Shown: positions 46,746-56,428 of the stretch, in pieces | Layout of the letters: every line of letters starts with the position of its first letter | Numbering within the stretch: position 1 is the first letter of the stretch | From: an uncultured Candidatus Saccharibacteria bacterium | GTDB lineage: Bacteria; Patescibacteriota; Doudnabacteria; UBA920 | Length of the DNA: 64,000 nt | Direction of reading: 5' to 3' | Assembly (NCBI GenBank): GCA_964556325.1 | Contig: CAZKVS010000002.1 | Location: forward strand, 13,599-77,598 | Position numbers and translations under genes: made by a program | Notes under the pieces: generated by a model | What the model was told of the DNA's origin: nothing | What the model saw: the letters and a program-made list of their open reading frames with translations, nothing else | Databases searched by the model: none

Positions 46746-48443
46746 GTGAGTAACGCACGTACAACACTCAGATATTGGTTAAATCTTTCCTTGTATAGGA
46801 AAGTTTTTTCTTTCATGGCACCTTGGGAAAAGTGGCTCACGGTTGCTTTGCTAATAACTATAGTAGGAAGCTTGAGTTGGAGTGGCCTTGTTTTTTACAG
46901 GAGCCACACGAGACAAATACCAAGCCATGGCGGCATATTAAACCAGGGCGTCGTGGGTCAGCCCAGAACCATCAACCCCGTCCTTGCCACTACGCCGGCA
47001 GACCTGCTGCTAACCCGCGCAGTATTTAGCGGACTGTATACATACAACAATCAAGGCCAACCAATCTCCGACCTTGCCACAGACCTCCCCACCATTTCCA
47101 ATGACGGAAGAACCTATACTGTTACTCTCAAACCAAACCTCACCTGGCACGACGGCAAACCAGTCACGAGTAGTGATGTGGTATTTACTATTACCAAAAT
47201 TCAAGACCCTGCTATTAATAGCCCCCTACGCGGACTCTGGCTTTCCACCACGGTACAAGCCATAAACGACCAAACGATTATTTTTACAACCAAAGAAGAA
47301 AGCGGACCTTTTCTTCACAACCTCACCGTCGGACTCTTGCCAGAACATATATGGCACGGCGTAGCTGCGGAAAACTTTACCACCACCGGGCTCAATCTCA
47401 CACCGCTCGGAAACGGTCCCTATGCAGTCCGCCAAGTAGAGAACACCCCTAGTAAACGAGTAAGCAAAATCCTTCTTGATAGCTTTGCAAACTTCCCTCG
47501 TCCCCCATTTCTAGACGGGGTTACTGTTACGTTCTATGAAAGCCAAGACGAAGTAAATAAGGCTTTTTCCGGACAAGAAATAAATGCGCTTGGTGTATCC
47601 CTTACCGACAACCTTCCCGACACGCCCAGCAATCTGCAAACCAATACACGCATGAGCGTACCGCAGTATCAAGCTGTATTTCTGAACACCAAAAAAAGCA
47701 CCCTTGCCATTCCTCAAGTGCGAGAAGCACTCCTACTCAGCTTGAGCTCCGCGGATATTACGCAAGCTGCATGGCCGAACCACGCCACTGCCATAGGAGG
47801 TGTTCCCCTGGGAGAAAACGATTTTACCAATACCCAACCCACAACACCAGACATAGCAAAAGCAGACGAGTTACTCACCACCGCCGGCTGGAAAAAAACC
47901 ATAAGCGGCATTCGCACAAAAGGAAAAACAGAGCTCGCGATAAACTTAGTAACGCCTAACACCCCCGCGTTCACTACTGCAGCAGGCCTTATCCAAACAG
48001 CGTGGACTAACTTGGGTGTTAAGGTAACGGTCATTCCAGCCGAGACAAACGAACTCATTAGCACGTACGTTCGACCTCGTAACTTTGACGCACTCCTCTT
48101 TTCTGAAAAAAGCAACGCAGACGCAGATCCTTTTGCGTTTTGGCACTCGAGTCAAGTAAAGGATCCAGGGCTCAACGTGAGCGGCTTAGCTGTGCCTCAA
48201 GTAGACAAACTCATTACCGACGCACGCACAAACACCGATGAAACTACCCGAAAGGCGCTCTACGAACAGCTCACTGAATTACTTAGCACTCAACACGCAG
48301 CATTGTATTTAAACCAGTCGCTCTACATATACGTAACTGACCCGAGGTTCCATGGCATACAAGTGGAACGAATACCAGACCCCAGCTGGATACTCGCCCT
48401 TTCTCCAAGCTGGTACACCAAACTCACCCGTACGTGGAAATAA
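46746..48443 (+). CDS. ABC transporter substrate-binding protein, family 5 (peptide/nickel type), membrane-anchored, with no adjacent permease genes
   Basis: 'DGRTYTVTLKPNLTWHDGKPVTSSDVVFT' SBP_bac_5 hallmark. N-terminal TM anchor. GTG start at 46746, or ATG at about 46815. Confidence 0.8.
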   Translation: MSNARTTLRYWLNLSLYRKVFSFMAPWEKWLTVALLITIVGSLSWSGLVFYRSHTRQIPSHGGILNQGVVGQPRTINPVLATTPADLLLTRAVFSGLYTYNNQGQPISDLATDLPTISNDGRTYTVTLKPNLTWHDGKPVTSSDVVFTITKIQDPAINSPLRGLWLSTTVQAINDQTIIFTTKEESGPFLHNLTVGLLPEHIWHGVAAENFTTTGLNLTPLGNGPYAVRQVENTPSKRVSKILLDSFANFPRPPFLDGVTVTFYESQDEVNKAFSGQEINALGVSLTDNLPDTPSNLQTNTRMSVPQYQAVFLNTKKSTLAIPQVREALLLSLSSADITQAAWPNHATAIGGVPLGENDFTNTQPTTPDIAKADELLTTAGWKKTISGIRTKGKTELAINLVTPNTPAFTTAAGLIQTAWTNLGVKVTVIPAETNELISTYVRPRNFDALLFSEKSNADADPFAFWHSSQVKDPGLNVSGLAVPQVDKLITDARTNTDETTRKALYEQLTELLSTQHAALYLNQSLYIYVTDPRFHGIQVERIPDPSWILALSPSWYTKLTRTWK

Positions 48444-48632
48444 GCGATGCGCAGAAGTTGGAATTATGAATAATGAAGTATGGATAAGAGAAAAACATTA
48501 GCGTTATGAGCACTGCAGAGAAGCCATATATCAATCGCGAGCCCGTTACTTGGCAGGAAACATTGTGTTGAGTATAATTGATTAGTTCTATATTGCTCGA
48601 TTCATGATTCCTGATTCATGATTCTAGTCCCT

Positions 48633-48747
48633 GCCCAAGTGGTGAAATGGTATACACGCCCCGCCGAGGCGGGATGGGAGCAATCCCGTGGGAGTTTCCG
48701 CCTGAGGCGGACCCGCCTCAGGCGAGCGAGCTTTACAAATTATATTT
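48633..48747 (+). other. 26-nt duplicate of the tRNA-Leu 5' end followed by an 89-nt GC-rich structured element
   Basis: 48633-48658 is identical to 48748-48773. This is followed by hairpins CCGCC-GAG-GCGG, GGGA-GCAA-TCCC and a perfect 9-bp stem GCCTGAGGC-GGACCC-GCCTCAGGC. It stands out as GC-rich against the AT-rich surroundings. Confidence 0.6.
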
Positions 48748-48833
48748 GCCCAAGTGGTGAAATGGTATACACGTACGCTTCAGATGCGTATGACCGCAAG
48801 GTCGTGGAGGTTCGAGTCCTCTCTTGGGCACCA
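48748..48833 (+). tRNA. tRNA-Leu (anticodon CAG), type II with a long variable arm, CCA encoded
   Basis: Acceptor GCCCAAG/CTTGGGC, anticodon stem TACGC/GCGTA with loop TTCAGAT, variable arm GACC-GCAA-GGTC, T-loop TTCGAGT. Confidence 0.85.
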
Positions 48834-48876
48834 GAAAGCTACAGTCATTATATGACCGTAGCTTTCTGATTTTTTA
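48834..48876 (+). terminator. Terminator after tRNA-Leu (GAAAGCTAC-N15-GTAGCTTTC plus TTTTTT)
   Basis: 9-bp hairpin followed by a T-run. Confidence 0.75.
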
Positions 48877-49050
48877 GAGGACGAGAAAAGGAGGGGTTTC
48901 GCGCTTTGGCGAAATTTGTTACGACCATTTGGAGTAACAAAAGCGGCAGGGGTCGACACGAGCTTGAATGGAAGTGAATTCCATTCATCGCGAATCCTGT
49001 AGCGTTATACGACGAGGCCGTTTCGGGTGAGGAGTATAGCGGGAAGTGAC

Positions 49051-49071
49051 CGAGTCCTCTCTTGGGCACCA
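49051..49071 (+). repeat. 21-bp direct repeat of the tRNA-Leu 3' end (CGAGTCCTCTCTTGGGCACCA), att-like scar
   Basis: Identical to 48813-48833. About 215 bp separate the two copies. Confidence 0.85.
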
Positions 49072-49168
49072 TACAAAACCACAAAAATCGCCAACAGTTT
49101 TGTATATCCAACTATATGTTAAACCGGCTTAGTCTAGTCATATATTGCTCAAAAAGAAGCAAAATGCG

Positions 49169-49197
49169 TTGACAAATAGCCCCAACTCAGCTATAGT
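49169..49197 (+). promoter_or_regulatory. Sigma70-like promoter TTGACA-N17-TATAGT in the long non-coding region upstream of rnj
   Basis: TTGACAaatagccccaactcagcTATAGT. It would give a 5' leader of about 440 nt before the RNase J start. Confidence 0.45.
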
Positions 49198-49639
49198 ATA
49201 AGCACCTTAGTTTTCTCGTGAAATAAAAACACCAGTTAACAGATCAGTTCTAGAAAGTCTTTTTTATTTTTGATTTGTTAATTGTGCCTCCACTATACGT
49301 GGGGAAGATGCCTGCTCGGTGCGGCTGTATAAGCCTACCAATGCGGACATATGTATTTTTTCTTTAGATCTAATTTTACATTTGATCTTTTGCACGATTT
49401 AACAACGAAATACATTAGTATTTCACAATAACTGTAAGGGGCTTTGTTGCCACCACTGAAATCCGGGAACACATATGTTTTAGACGGCACGTCAGAATTA
49501 GACAACACTCCCCTTATAGTTACAGGCCTATAATAAAGACTTGGCTATATATAAGCTCTTCAATGCCGCGTACGCATGTATAATTGCGTGAGCGCTTGTA
49601 AACTTTGTATATATACAAGTCATAATCTTAATTTTAGTA

Positions 49640-51510
49640 TGATAAAACGCAATCCTATGCCACCAAGTAATTCTCGCCCTAATGGCCCTAGGCCTACCGG
49701 TAACAATCGACGCCAGCCATTTCCGCTGAAGCCAGTTTCCTCCGACCACTTTATAACCCCAGAACCAAGCACAGTTCGCATGAGTTCCGGAAGCGGCGCG
49801 CCAGCAGGCGCTGTTGCTACGAGCAAACACACGGTTAGTCGTACCACACTTCGCGTTATCCCTTTAGGAGGCGTAGAAGAAGTTGGTGTGAACTGTACCG
49901 CATTTGAATACGGTGACGATATTATTGTAGTCGACATGGGTTTGGCGTTTCCAGATGAAACCATGCCGGGTATAGACTATATTATTCCCGACACCAAATA
50001 TTTAGAGGACAACAAGCATAAAATTCGTGGCATATTTATTACCCACGCCCACTTAGACCACATTGGCGCCCTTCCGTACGTATTGGCCAAGCTGGGTGAT
50101 CCCCCAATTTACACCATGCCACTTTCGGCCGGGCTTATTCGCAAGCGTATGGAAGAGTTCAATATGGTGAACCGCACCCGTATAAACGCCGTCACCAAAG
50201 ACGACGTAGTACCTCTCGGTGCGTTTCGAGTGGAGTTCTTCCGCCTTAACCATAACATCCCTGACTGTATTGGTATGCGCATTCAAACACCTGTTGGGAA
50301 CGTCTTGTACGCGACTGATTGGAAGTTCGACCATACCCCTACTGATCAGCGGCCAACTGAGTTTGAAAAAATTGCTCGTTTTGGCGGCGAAGGCATACTT
50401 TTATTGCTTTCCGACTCAACTAATGCAGCTAAGCCAGGTTACTGTGTTTCGGAAACTGAATTAGCAAAGAACATTGACCGCATTTTCGCGGATTCGAAGG
50501 GGCGCATAATTTTTGCCACCTTCTCTCAGCTCATTTCTCGTATACAGTCCGTCTGTGACTCTGCCCAAAAGCATAATCGCAAGATTATTGTAACTGGTCG
50601 TTCTATGGTTAACGCCATTGAAATTGCTTTGTCCATGGGCTACCTACGAATTGAACCAAAAATATTTATCAAATCAGAACAAGCTCGCAAGTTTCCTGAT
50701 AACCAAATAGTTGTACTTACTACCGGCGCTCAAGGCGAAGAAGCTTCGGCTCTTGCCCGTATGGCTCGTGGTGAACATAAAATTATCCGCGTAAAACCAG
50801 GTGACACGGTAGTAGTATCGGCCTCCCCTATTCCGGGCAATGAACGGTCCGTAGTAAGCGTGTTAGACAACCTCACCCGCGCGGGTGCAGAAGTTATTTA
50901 CAGTAAACTGTTAGATATTCACTCTTCCGGGCACGCCCAACAGGAAGAGCTCAAGCTTATGTTCGGCCTAACCAAACCCAAGTATTTTGTTCCTATTCAT
51001 GGCGAGCACCACATGCTTGTCTCACACAGTAAGCTCGCACAGACTGTGGGTATTCCTGCGCAAAATTGTTTTGTATTGGACAATGGAAGCATTTTAGAAT
51101 TTAACTCGGCAGGTGATGCAAAGCTCAGCGACGCCAAAGTTGATGCCGGCTACATTTTTGTAGACGGGCTCGGTGTAGGTGACGTAGGTGAAGTAGTGCT
51201 TCGAGATCGCCAGGTTATGTCTACCGACGGTATGTTTGTTATTATTGTTGCTCTTGAGCACAAGACTGGCAAACTTATTAACCAACCGGATATTATCTCT
51301 CGTGGTTTCATTTACATGAAAGGCAATGAAGATATTATTCGTGAAGTAAAGCATGAAGTCCGGAAGATTTGCGAAAACAAGTCTAACCACAAGCAGACTG
51401 AGCCTAACTACGCATTCCTCCGCCAGGTCATTCGTGACCAAGTCGGTGAATACCTGTTTCAAAAAACAAACCGTCGTCCAATGGTACTGCCTGTTGTAAC
51501 GGAAGTATAA
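49640..51510 (+). CDS. rnj: Ribonuclease J (metallo-beta-lactamase / beta-CASP) with a low-complexity N-terminal extension of about 80 aa
   Basis: 'LRVIPLGGVEEVGVNCTAFEY' RNase J start motif, 'HAHLDHIGALPY' MBL His motif, beta-CASP and C-terminal domain. Start placed at MIKRNPMPP. Confidence 0.85.
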
Positions 51511-51522
51511 AGTTATAATTTA

Positions 51523-51560
51523 AAAAGTCCTCCGGTATAACACCGGAGGACTTTTTTATT
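51523..51560. terminator. Bidirectional terminator AAAAGTCCTCCGGT-ataa-CACCGGAGGACTTTT
   Basis: 14-bp hairpin flanked by A-run and T-run, between convergent rnj and the 51556 gene. Confidence 0.8.
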
Positions 51561-52722
51561 TTTCATTAAGCACTTGCAAATGATTGTTCATTCGGCGGGC
51601 GTACTTGGCTATTCTCGGAGGGCACAGAGCAAGAAATGTCCGAGCCTGTTCGTCATCCGCCTGCTCTAGCCATTCCCCTGCCGTACGAATGGCAGCTTCG
51701 GGAGCATGGTGGGCTGACGCGAGAAATAAAGCAATATCTTCAGGCTTCTCACCCGCAAGGTTGCTTAAACGGGTTAAAACTGTTTTGTCCTGTCGTTGAT
51801 TTTTTAAATAACTAATTAAATGACATGCATTATCCACCATATATAGAACCGCCGCCGCGTGATGCGCAGCTCCTCGAAGCGAACCCACCGTATCAGGTAT
51901 TCGCAGACGCTCGGGCAAGGCGGCGTTAATTATGGAAGCCCCCACAGGCTCCGCCGCTGCTCCGTCCAAAGCATGAGTGGTAAATTGGTAAGGACCGAAC
52001 GATACCAATGGATCATATAAAGCAGGAATGCTTTCTATAAATTCCTTGCCCGCATGTTGCAAAAGTAAATCAAAAGCACTCTTATTTATACGACCGTTCT
52101 CCGAAGGCATGAGCTCAGTCATGCAGAGTGCTGAAAGGTTCACGCCTGAAACGCCCTTTAATAGCTTTTGTACGAGCTCAATGTCCGGTTCGCTCATGCC
52201 CTTGAGCATACGAACCGCGTCCCAATTTATATTTTTTAAAACTACTCTTACAGCATTATCGGCCTCAGCGGTAAATTGCTCCGCACTACTTGGAGTGGGC
52301 TCATTCTTGCAATACTCATCCAACACTGCGTCGGCCACTGCTTTTACTTTAAGATTTCCATGTGAACGCTCGTTTTTCTTCACCCACATTGCAATAAGTC
52401 GCTCCGGAAAATTAACCGTAAGGCGTTCGGGCATCTTCCCATCTTCTATACCGAAATATTCCACAAACAATTTCTCCGGCATATCAGCGCCGGCCAACTC
52501 ACCTGTATCAAAACTAGCCTCCCACGTTTCCCGAGGTTCTCTTGTGATGTGTTCACGTACGGGAACCTCATCGCTGGAACCCAATTTTTCTCCAGCGAGA
52601 GAAGTCAGCGCGAGCGCACCCAAACCCACCCCCGCACTCCGCAAAAAATGACGCCGGGTTACTAGATTTTTGGGTTCATTAGGTTCGCTAAAATCTCTTG
52701 GTTGCCGTTCAAATATAGACAT
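51556..52722 (-). CDS. Hypothetical exported protein with a twin-arginine-like signal peptide
   Basis: 'TRRHFLRSAGVGLGALALTSLAG' resembles a Tat signal (RRxFL plus a hydrophobic stretch plus AxA). The remaining 350 aa are unrecognised. Confidence 0.5.
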   Translation of the reverse strand: MSIFERQPRDFSEPNEPKNLVTRRHFLRSAGVGLGALALTSLAGEKLGSSDEVPVREHITREPRETWEASFDTGELAGADMPEKLFVEYFGIEDGKMPERLTVNFPERLIAMWVKKNERSHGNLKVKAVADAVLDEYCKNEPTPSSAEQFTAEADNAVRVVLKNINWDAVRMLKGMSEPDIELVQKLLKGVSGVNLSALCMTELMPSENGRINKSAFDLLLQHAGKEFIESIPALYDPLVSFGPYQFTTHALDGAAAEPVGASIINAALPERLRIPDTVGSLRGAAHHAAAVLYMVDNACHLISYLKNQRQDKTVLTRLSNLAGEKPEDIALFLASAHHAPEAAIRTAGEWLEQADDEQARTFLALCPPRIAKYARRMNNHLQVLNEK

Positions 52723-53002
52723 AAGACTACTCTTGTCTTTTAGTATAGCACTCGTAAAACTTGATGGGCATCTTCGGGAAGATACCCATCAAGTGTGCTG
52801 GCTGAAAAAAGAAGTGGTAAAGGCGCTAAGTTTGCTTAAAACAATCGACTCGTTTACACTACATATATGCAAAAATTAATCGGCCTCAATCAAATCTGGT
52901 GGAAAGCATTACTCTGGCGGTAAGGCTGATTTTAGCATAATCTAAACAGCACCCCGCCGGGGTGCTTTTGTTTTAACTATCTAGTTCAGTTATACTAACT
53001 TT

Positions 53003-53980
53003 ATGAACAAAGAAACTATAGTAGGCGGCATACGAGCCACTAGCAAGCTCCATATTGGTAACTACCTGGGCGCACTTAAGCCATTTGTTGAGCTCTCCAA
53101 AGATAGAGAGAAGACGAGCTTCTTTTTCATTGCTGACCTGCACGCCCTCACCACTCCTTTCGAACCACACGAGCTAAGACAGAACTCAGTAGAAGTAGCA
53201 GCCGAATATATTGCAGCTGGTTTGGATGTAAATAACGCTGTTTTTTTTCTGCAAAATCACGTCCACGAACATGCCGAACTTGCCTGGATATTCAACTGCA
53301 TACTACCAATTGCCGAACTAGAACGGATGACTCAGTACAAAGACAAATCAAACCAACATAAAGACAATATCAATGCAGGTCTACTCACCTATCCTTGTTT
53401 AATGGCTGCAGATATTCTTGTATATAAAGCTCAAGGAGTCGCAGTAGGACACGATCAAGTACAGCATGTGGAACTATCAAGAATAGTCGCAAGAAAGTTT
53501 AATAACCGATTTGCGAATGTGTTCCCAGAGCCAAAAACGTACTCCTCCGATCCGCTGCGTATTATGAGCATCAAAGATCCGAGCAAGAAGATGAGCAAGA
53601 CGGGAGATGTTCCATTGTATATAGACGATGAGCCAAAAATAATTCATGAAAAGATAAAAAAAGCAGTCACCGCAACGGATGGTGCGGGAAAGTCAGCAGG
53701 GGCAGAAAATCTTTTAGGCTTACTTGCACACTTTGGCAGTCATGCCAATATTGAACACTTCAATGACATGCAGCAAACGGGCACGCTTAAGTTTAGCGAG
53801 CTGAAAGAAGCCTTGGCCACAGACATAGCTGAGCACTTTGCAGAGTTTCGAGAAAAGAAAAAAGAGCTTCTTGCTCGACCGGAATACCTAGCCGAAGTGT
53901 TGGGGGAAGGTGCCCGCAAAGCTCGAGAAGTTGCCCACGAAACGCTACGCGAAGTAAAAGAAAAAATTGGACTGCTATAG
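53003..53980 (+). CDS. trpS: Tryptophanyl-tRNA synthetase
   Basis: 'HIGNYLGAL' HIGH-type motif, 'KMSKT' KMSKS-type motif, 325 aa class Ic size. Confidence 0.9.
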   Translation: MNKETIVGGIRATSKLHIGNYLGALKPFVELSKDREKTSFFFIADLHALTTPFEPHELRQNSVEVAAEYIAAGLDVNNAVFFLQNHVHEHAELAWIFNCILPIAELERMTQYKDKSNQHKDNINAGLLTYPCLMAADILVYKAQGVAVGHDQVQHVELSRIVARKFNNRFANVFPEPKTYSSDPLRIMSIKDPSKKMSKTGDVPLYIDDEPKIIHEKIKKAVTATDGAGKSAGAENLLGLLAHFGSHANIEHFNDMQQTGTLKFSELKEALATDIAEHFAEFREKKKELLARPEYLAEVLGEGARKAREVAHETLREVKEKIGLL

Positions 53981-54047
53981 GATAGAAGAGCAAGAAGAAA
54001 TAGAAGAATTAGAAGAGCCAGCATACATAATTGATACATACACTATT

Positions 54048-54416
54048 ATGTACGAAAGTGGAAACTTTCAATCATATAAGGATTTAATTGTTTGGCAGAA
54101 ATCTTTAAAGCTAACGCACCTGGTTTATAACATAACCAAACGATTACCTAAAAGCGAGCTGTTTGGATTGGTTTCGCAAATGCAACGATCGGCAGTTTCC
54201 ATACCTTCTAATATCGCCGAAGGCTACGATAGAAACAATCCTGGAGAATTTAGACAATTTCTCGGAATCGCTTACGGATCCAGCGCAGAACTAGAGACTC
54301 AATTAATTCTCTGTACAGGAGAATACCCACACATCAGTTATACCGAAGCCACTGAAAGACTTGACGAAGTTAGGAAGATGTTAAAATGCTTAATCCTAAA
54401 ACACAAAAACCGGTAA
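54048..54416 (+). CDS. Four-helix-bundle protein (TIGR02436-like; 'S23 ribosomal protein / 23S rRNA intervening-sequence protein' family)
   Basis: 'LIVWQKSLKLTHLVYNITKRLPKSELFGLVSQMQRSAVSIPSNIAEGY' is highly characteristic. Start at MYESG rather than the track's 53967. Confidence 0.65.
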   Translation: MYESGNFQSYKDLIVWQKSLKLTHLVYNITKRLPKSELFGLVSQMQRSAVSIPSNIAEGYDRNNPGEFRQFLGIAYGSSAELETQLILCTGEYPHISYTEATERLDEVRKMLKCLILKHKNR

Positions 54417-54432
54417 CTACCGGTTTTTGTGT
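54404..54432 (+). terminator. Terminator AACCGGTA-act-ACCGGTT plus TTT
   Basis: Perfect hairpin followed by a T-run. Confidence 0.7.
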
Positions 54433-54485
54433 TACATCATAAAAATTCTATCTCTTCTAGTTCTTCTCTCTCTTCTCATTCTTCT

Positions 54486-55274
54486 CTAGAGGACCCTGCT
54501 ATCCCCCACCTGCAACACAGGCAACTTCGGGTTCTTTGCCCACACGGCGTCATCTGCGGCGTTCAGGGGGACAATCATTTCTGGTTTACCACCATTAGCA
54601 GTAAATACGCTCATACTTGGCACACCAATTAACCCGTCTGCACCGGAATAGTATAGAGTCCCATCTTTCCACTTTAACCAACTCCCCCACGGGTGTTCTT
54701 GCGTAGCGCTGTTTAATACGTAACTGCCTGCGCGAGTATAACTAGACAAGTTCAGTTTCTTTACATTCTTTAAATTGTACCCAAGCCCGGTGAAAGCGGC
54801 CATGCTGGTGAACGGCACCTTTATTTTGTCTTTCGCCATAAGGAAATATATAACTCCTCCATCCTGCGCAAGCGTGCCGGTCGGCTGAGCAGGAATAGTA
54901 ACAACTGCGCCGCCTTTGGTGGTAAAGGTAAGACCGGCAATAAAACCACCGTCATTTTTGCTGGTGACTGTATTTACTTCATATACATATGTAGTTCCGG
55001 GCACTAAGTTACGCAGGGTCATACTATGTTGGGTGACAGAGGTAAGATCAAAAACCGACAACTGTGGACCGCCAGACTGGAGTTTATACCCCACCCATGA
55101 ATCCCCTGCCACATTACTCTGCCACGAAACCACCGCGCTAGTCTCGGTTATGTTAGTCACTGCAACCTTAGAAATAGTCACGGCCGCGCGTGCTACAAGT
55201 GGCATGGTAGAGAGCGCCAGACTACTCAGTAGAACTGCGGAAACTGCATATACTTTTAAAATACGTCCGTTCAT
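54486..55274 (-). CDS. Secreted protein with an N-terminal fibronectin-III-like domain and a conserved C-terminal domain (paralog A)
   Basis: Signal peptide. 'VTNITETSAVVSWQS...GTTYVYEV' FN3-like. C-terminal 'EHPWGSWLKWKDGTLYYSGADGLIGVPSMSVF' is shared with the next gene. Confidence 0.6.
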   Translation of the reverse strand: MNGRILKVYAVSAVLLSSLALSTMPLVARAAVTISKVAVTNITETSAVVSWQSNVAGDSWVGYKLQSGGPQLSVFDLTSVTQHSMTLRNLVPGTTYVYEVNTVTSKNDGGFIAGLTFTTKGGAVVTIPAQPTGTLAQDGGVIYFLMAKDKIKVPFTSMAAFTGLGYNLKNVKKLNLSSYTRAGSYVLNSATQEHPWGSWLKWKDGTLYYSGADGLIGVPSMSVFTANGGKPEMIVPLNAADDAVWAKNPKLPVLQVGDSRVL

Positions 55275-55283
55275 AGTTGTACA

Positions 55284-56183
55284 TTATAATATTCGCTCAT
55301 CACCGGGTATTAGCACGGGTAAAGCAGGACGCTCTTGCAGCACTTTTTTATCCGCTGCATTTAACGGTACAATCATATCCGCCGTACCACCATTGGCGTA
55401 AAACACATCCATCGATGTGACACCAATTAAACCGGACGAGTGACTATAGTAAATAGTCCCATCCTGCGCCCTGAGCCAACTCCCCCACGGGTGTTCTTCA
55501 GTTGCGCTGGAAATAATATACCCGGACGAAACACGGAAACTAGATACATCTATTTTTTGTACGTGTGATAACTTGTATCCTAGACCGGTAAAGGCTACCA
55601 GGGTACTAAATGGAATTTTAACTGCATCTTTAACCATGAGGAAATATATAGTACTTCCCTCTTGCACAAGCGTGCCGGTAGCATACCCGGATGCGACTGG
55701 CGGGGTATAGAGCAAGCCTTCGGTAGACGCAGTAGACTGTGCAGGATTTTGAGTTTGTTGCGTAGGTGGAGGAGGAGTAACAACTATAGGACCGCTGGGC
55801 GTACTGAATGGCGTACCCGACAAAGATACATTGTTCCCTTCAGTATCTGCGGAGTTCACCGTGAACGCGTACTTAGTTTCGGGCTTAAGTCCGGTTAAGG
55901 TAATCTTGTGGCTGGTTACTAAGTTATCGTCTTGCAAGTTCTGGACCTTGCTCTCTCCGGTACCTATGTAAGAAATAAACGTATCAGAAGGAATGTCCGT
56001 ATTCCATGTAATTACGGCTGTAGTACTGGTGACAGTACCAACGCTCAGCTGGGCAATAGTTGGGTCTGCCCATACTTGTCTGGGAGCAAGGCTTGCCAGG
56101 CAAAACACCAAAAAAAGCAGGATAGGTGTGACACCGCCCGCTTTTTTCAAACCCACGCGTAACCGTTGGAATGTTAATTGCAT
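55284..56183 (-). CDS. Secreted FN3-like protein (paralog B of 54486..55274)
   Basis: Same architecture and a C-terminal domain ('EEHPWGSWLRAQDGTIYYSHSSGLIGVTSMDVF...VPLNAAD') about 60% identical to paralog A. Tandem duplication. Confidence 0.6.
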   Translation of the reverse strand: MQLTFQRLRVGLKKAGGVTPILLFLVFCLASLAPRQVWADPTIAQLSVGTVTSTTAVITWNTDIPSDTFISYIGTGESKVQNLQDDNLVTSHKITLTGLKPETKYAFTVNSADTEGNNVSLSGTPFSTPSGPIVVTPPPPTQQTQNPAQSTASTEGLLYTPPVASGYATGTLVQEGSTIYFLMVKDAVKIPFSTLVAFTGLGYKLSHVQKIDVSSFRVSSGYIISSATEEHPWGSWLRAQDGTIYYSHSSGLIGVTSMDVFYANGGTADMIVPLNAADKKVLQERPALPVLIPGDERIL

Positions 56184-56300
56184 ACTATAAATTTTATTTT
56201 TATTTCTGTTCGAACTATAACAAAGTAATTATAGCATAGTTTTGTGCTTTATGCAAATAAATGCAACGCGAATATCGAAATTAAAGCTTCTTAATGTTTT

Positions 56301-56395
56301 CTGTCATTCCTAGCGAAGAGGATTTTGCGACTGAGGCGAGGAATCTCTCAATTCTGCGTAGATCCCTCGACTCGATGACTCGCTCGGGATGACAG
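56301..56395. repeat. About 95-bp element bounded by 17-bp imperfect inverted repeats (CTGTCATTCCTAGCGAAG ... CTCGCTCGGGATGACAG), MITE- or structured-RNA-like
   Basis: Read directly. Intergenic, between the phosphohexomutase gene and FN3 paralog B. Confidence 0.5.
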
Positions 56396-56428
56396 ATGGA
56401 GTTAATTTAGATATTCACGCAATAGTCG

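Noticed and set aside
48659-48747. tmRNA or a tRNA with a group I intron upstream of tRNA-Leu
   Set aside because: There is no GGGG...CCACCA tRNA-Ala-like closing stem for tmRNA. There is no 3' tRNA half after the GC-rich cassette, as an intron would require. It is therefore described only as a structured element of unknown nature.
53967-54047. N-terminal 27 residues of the track ORF for the four-helix-bundle protein (overlapping the trpS stop)
   Set aside because: It is an acidic, repetitive 'EEQEEIEELEE' translation overlapping the trpS 3' end. The family-typical sequence begins after the internal Met at 54048.
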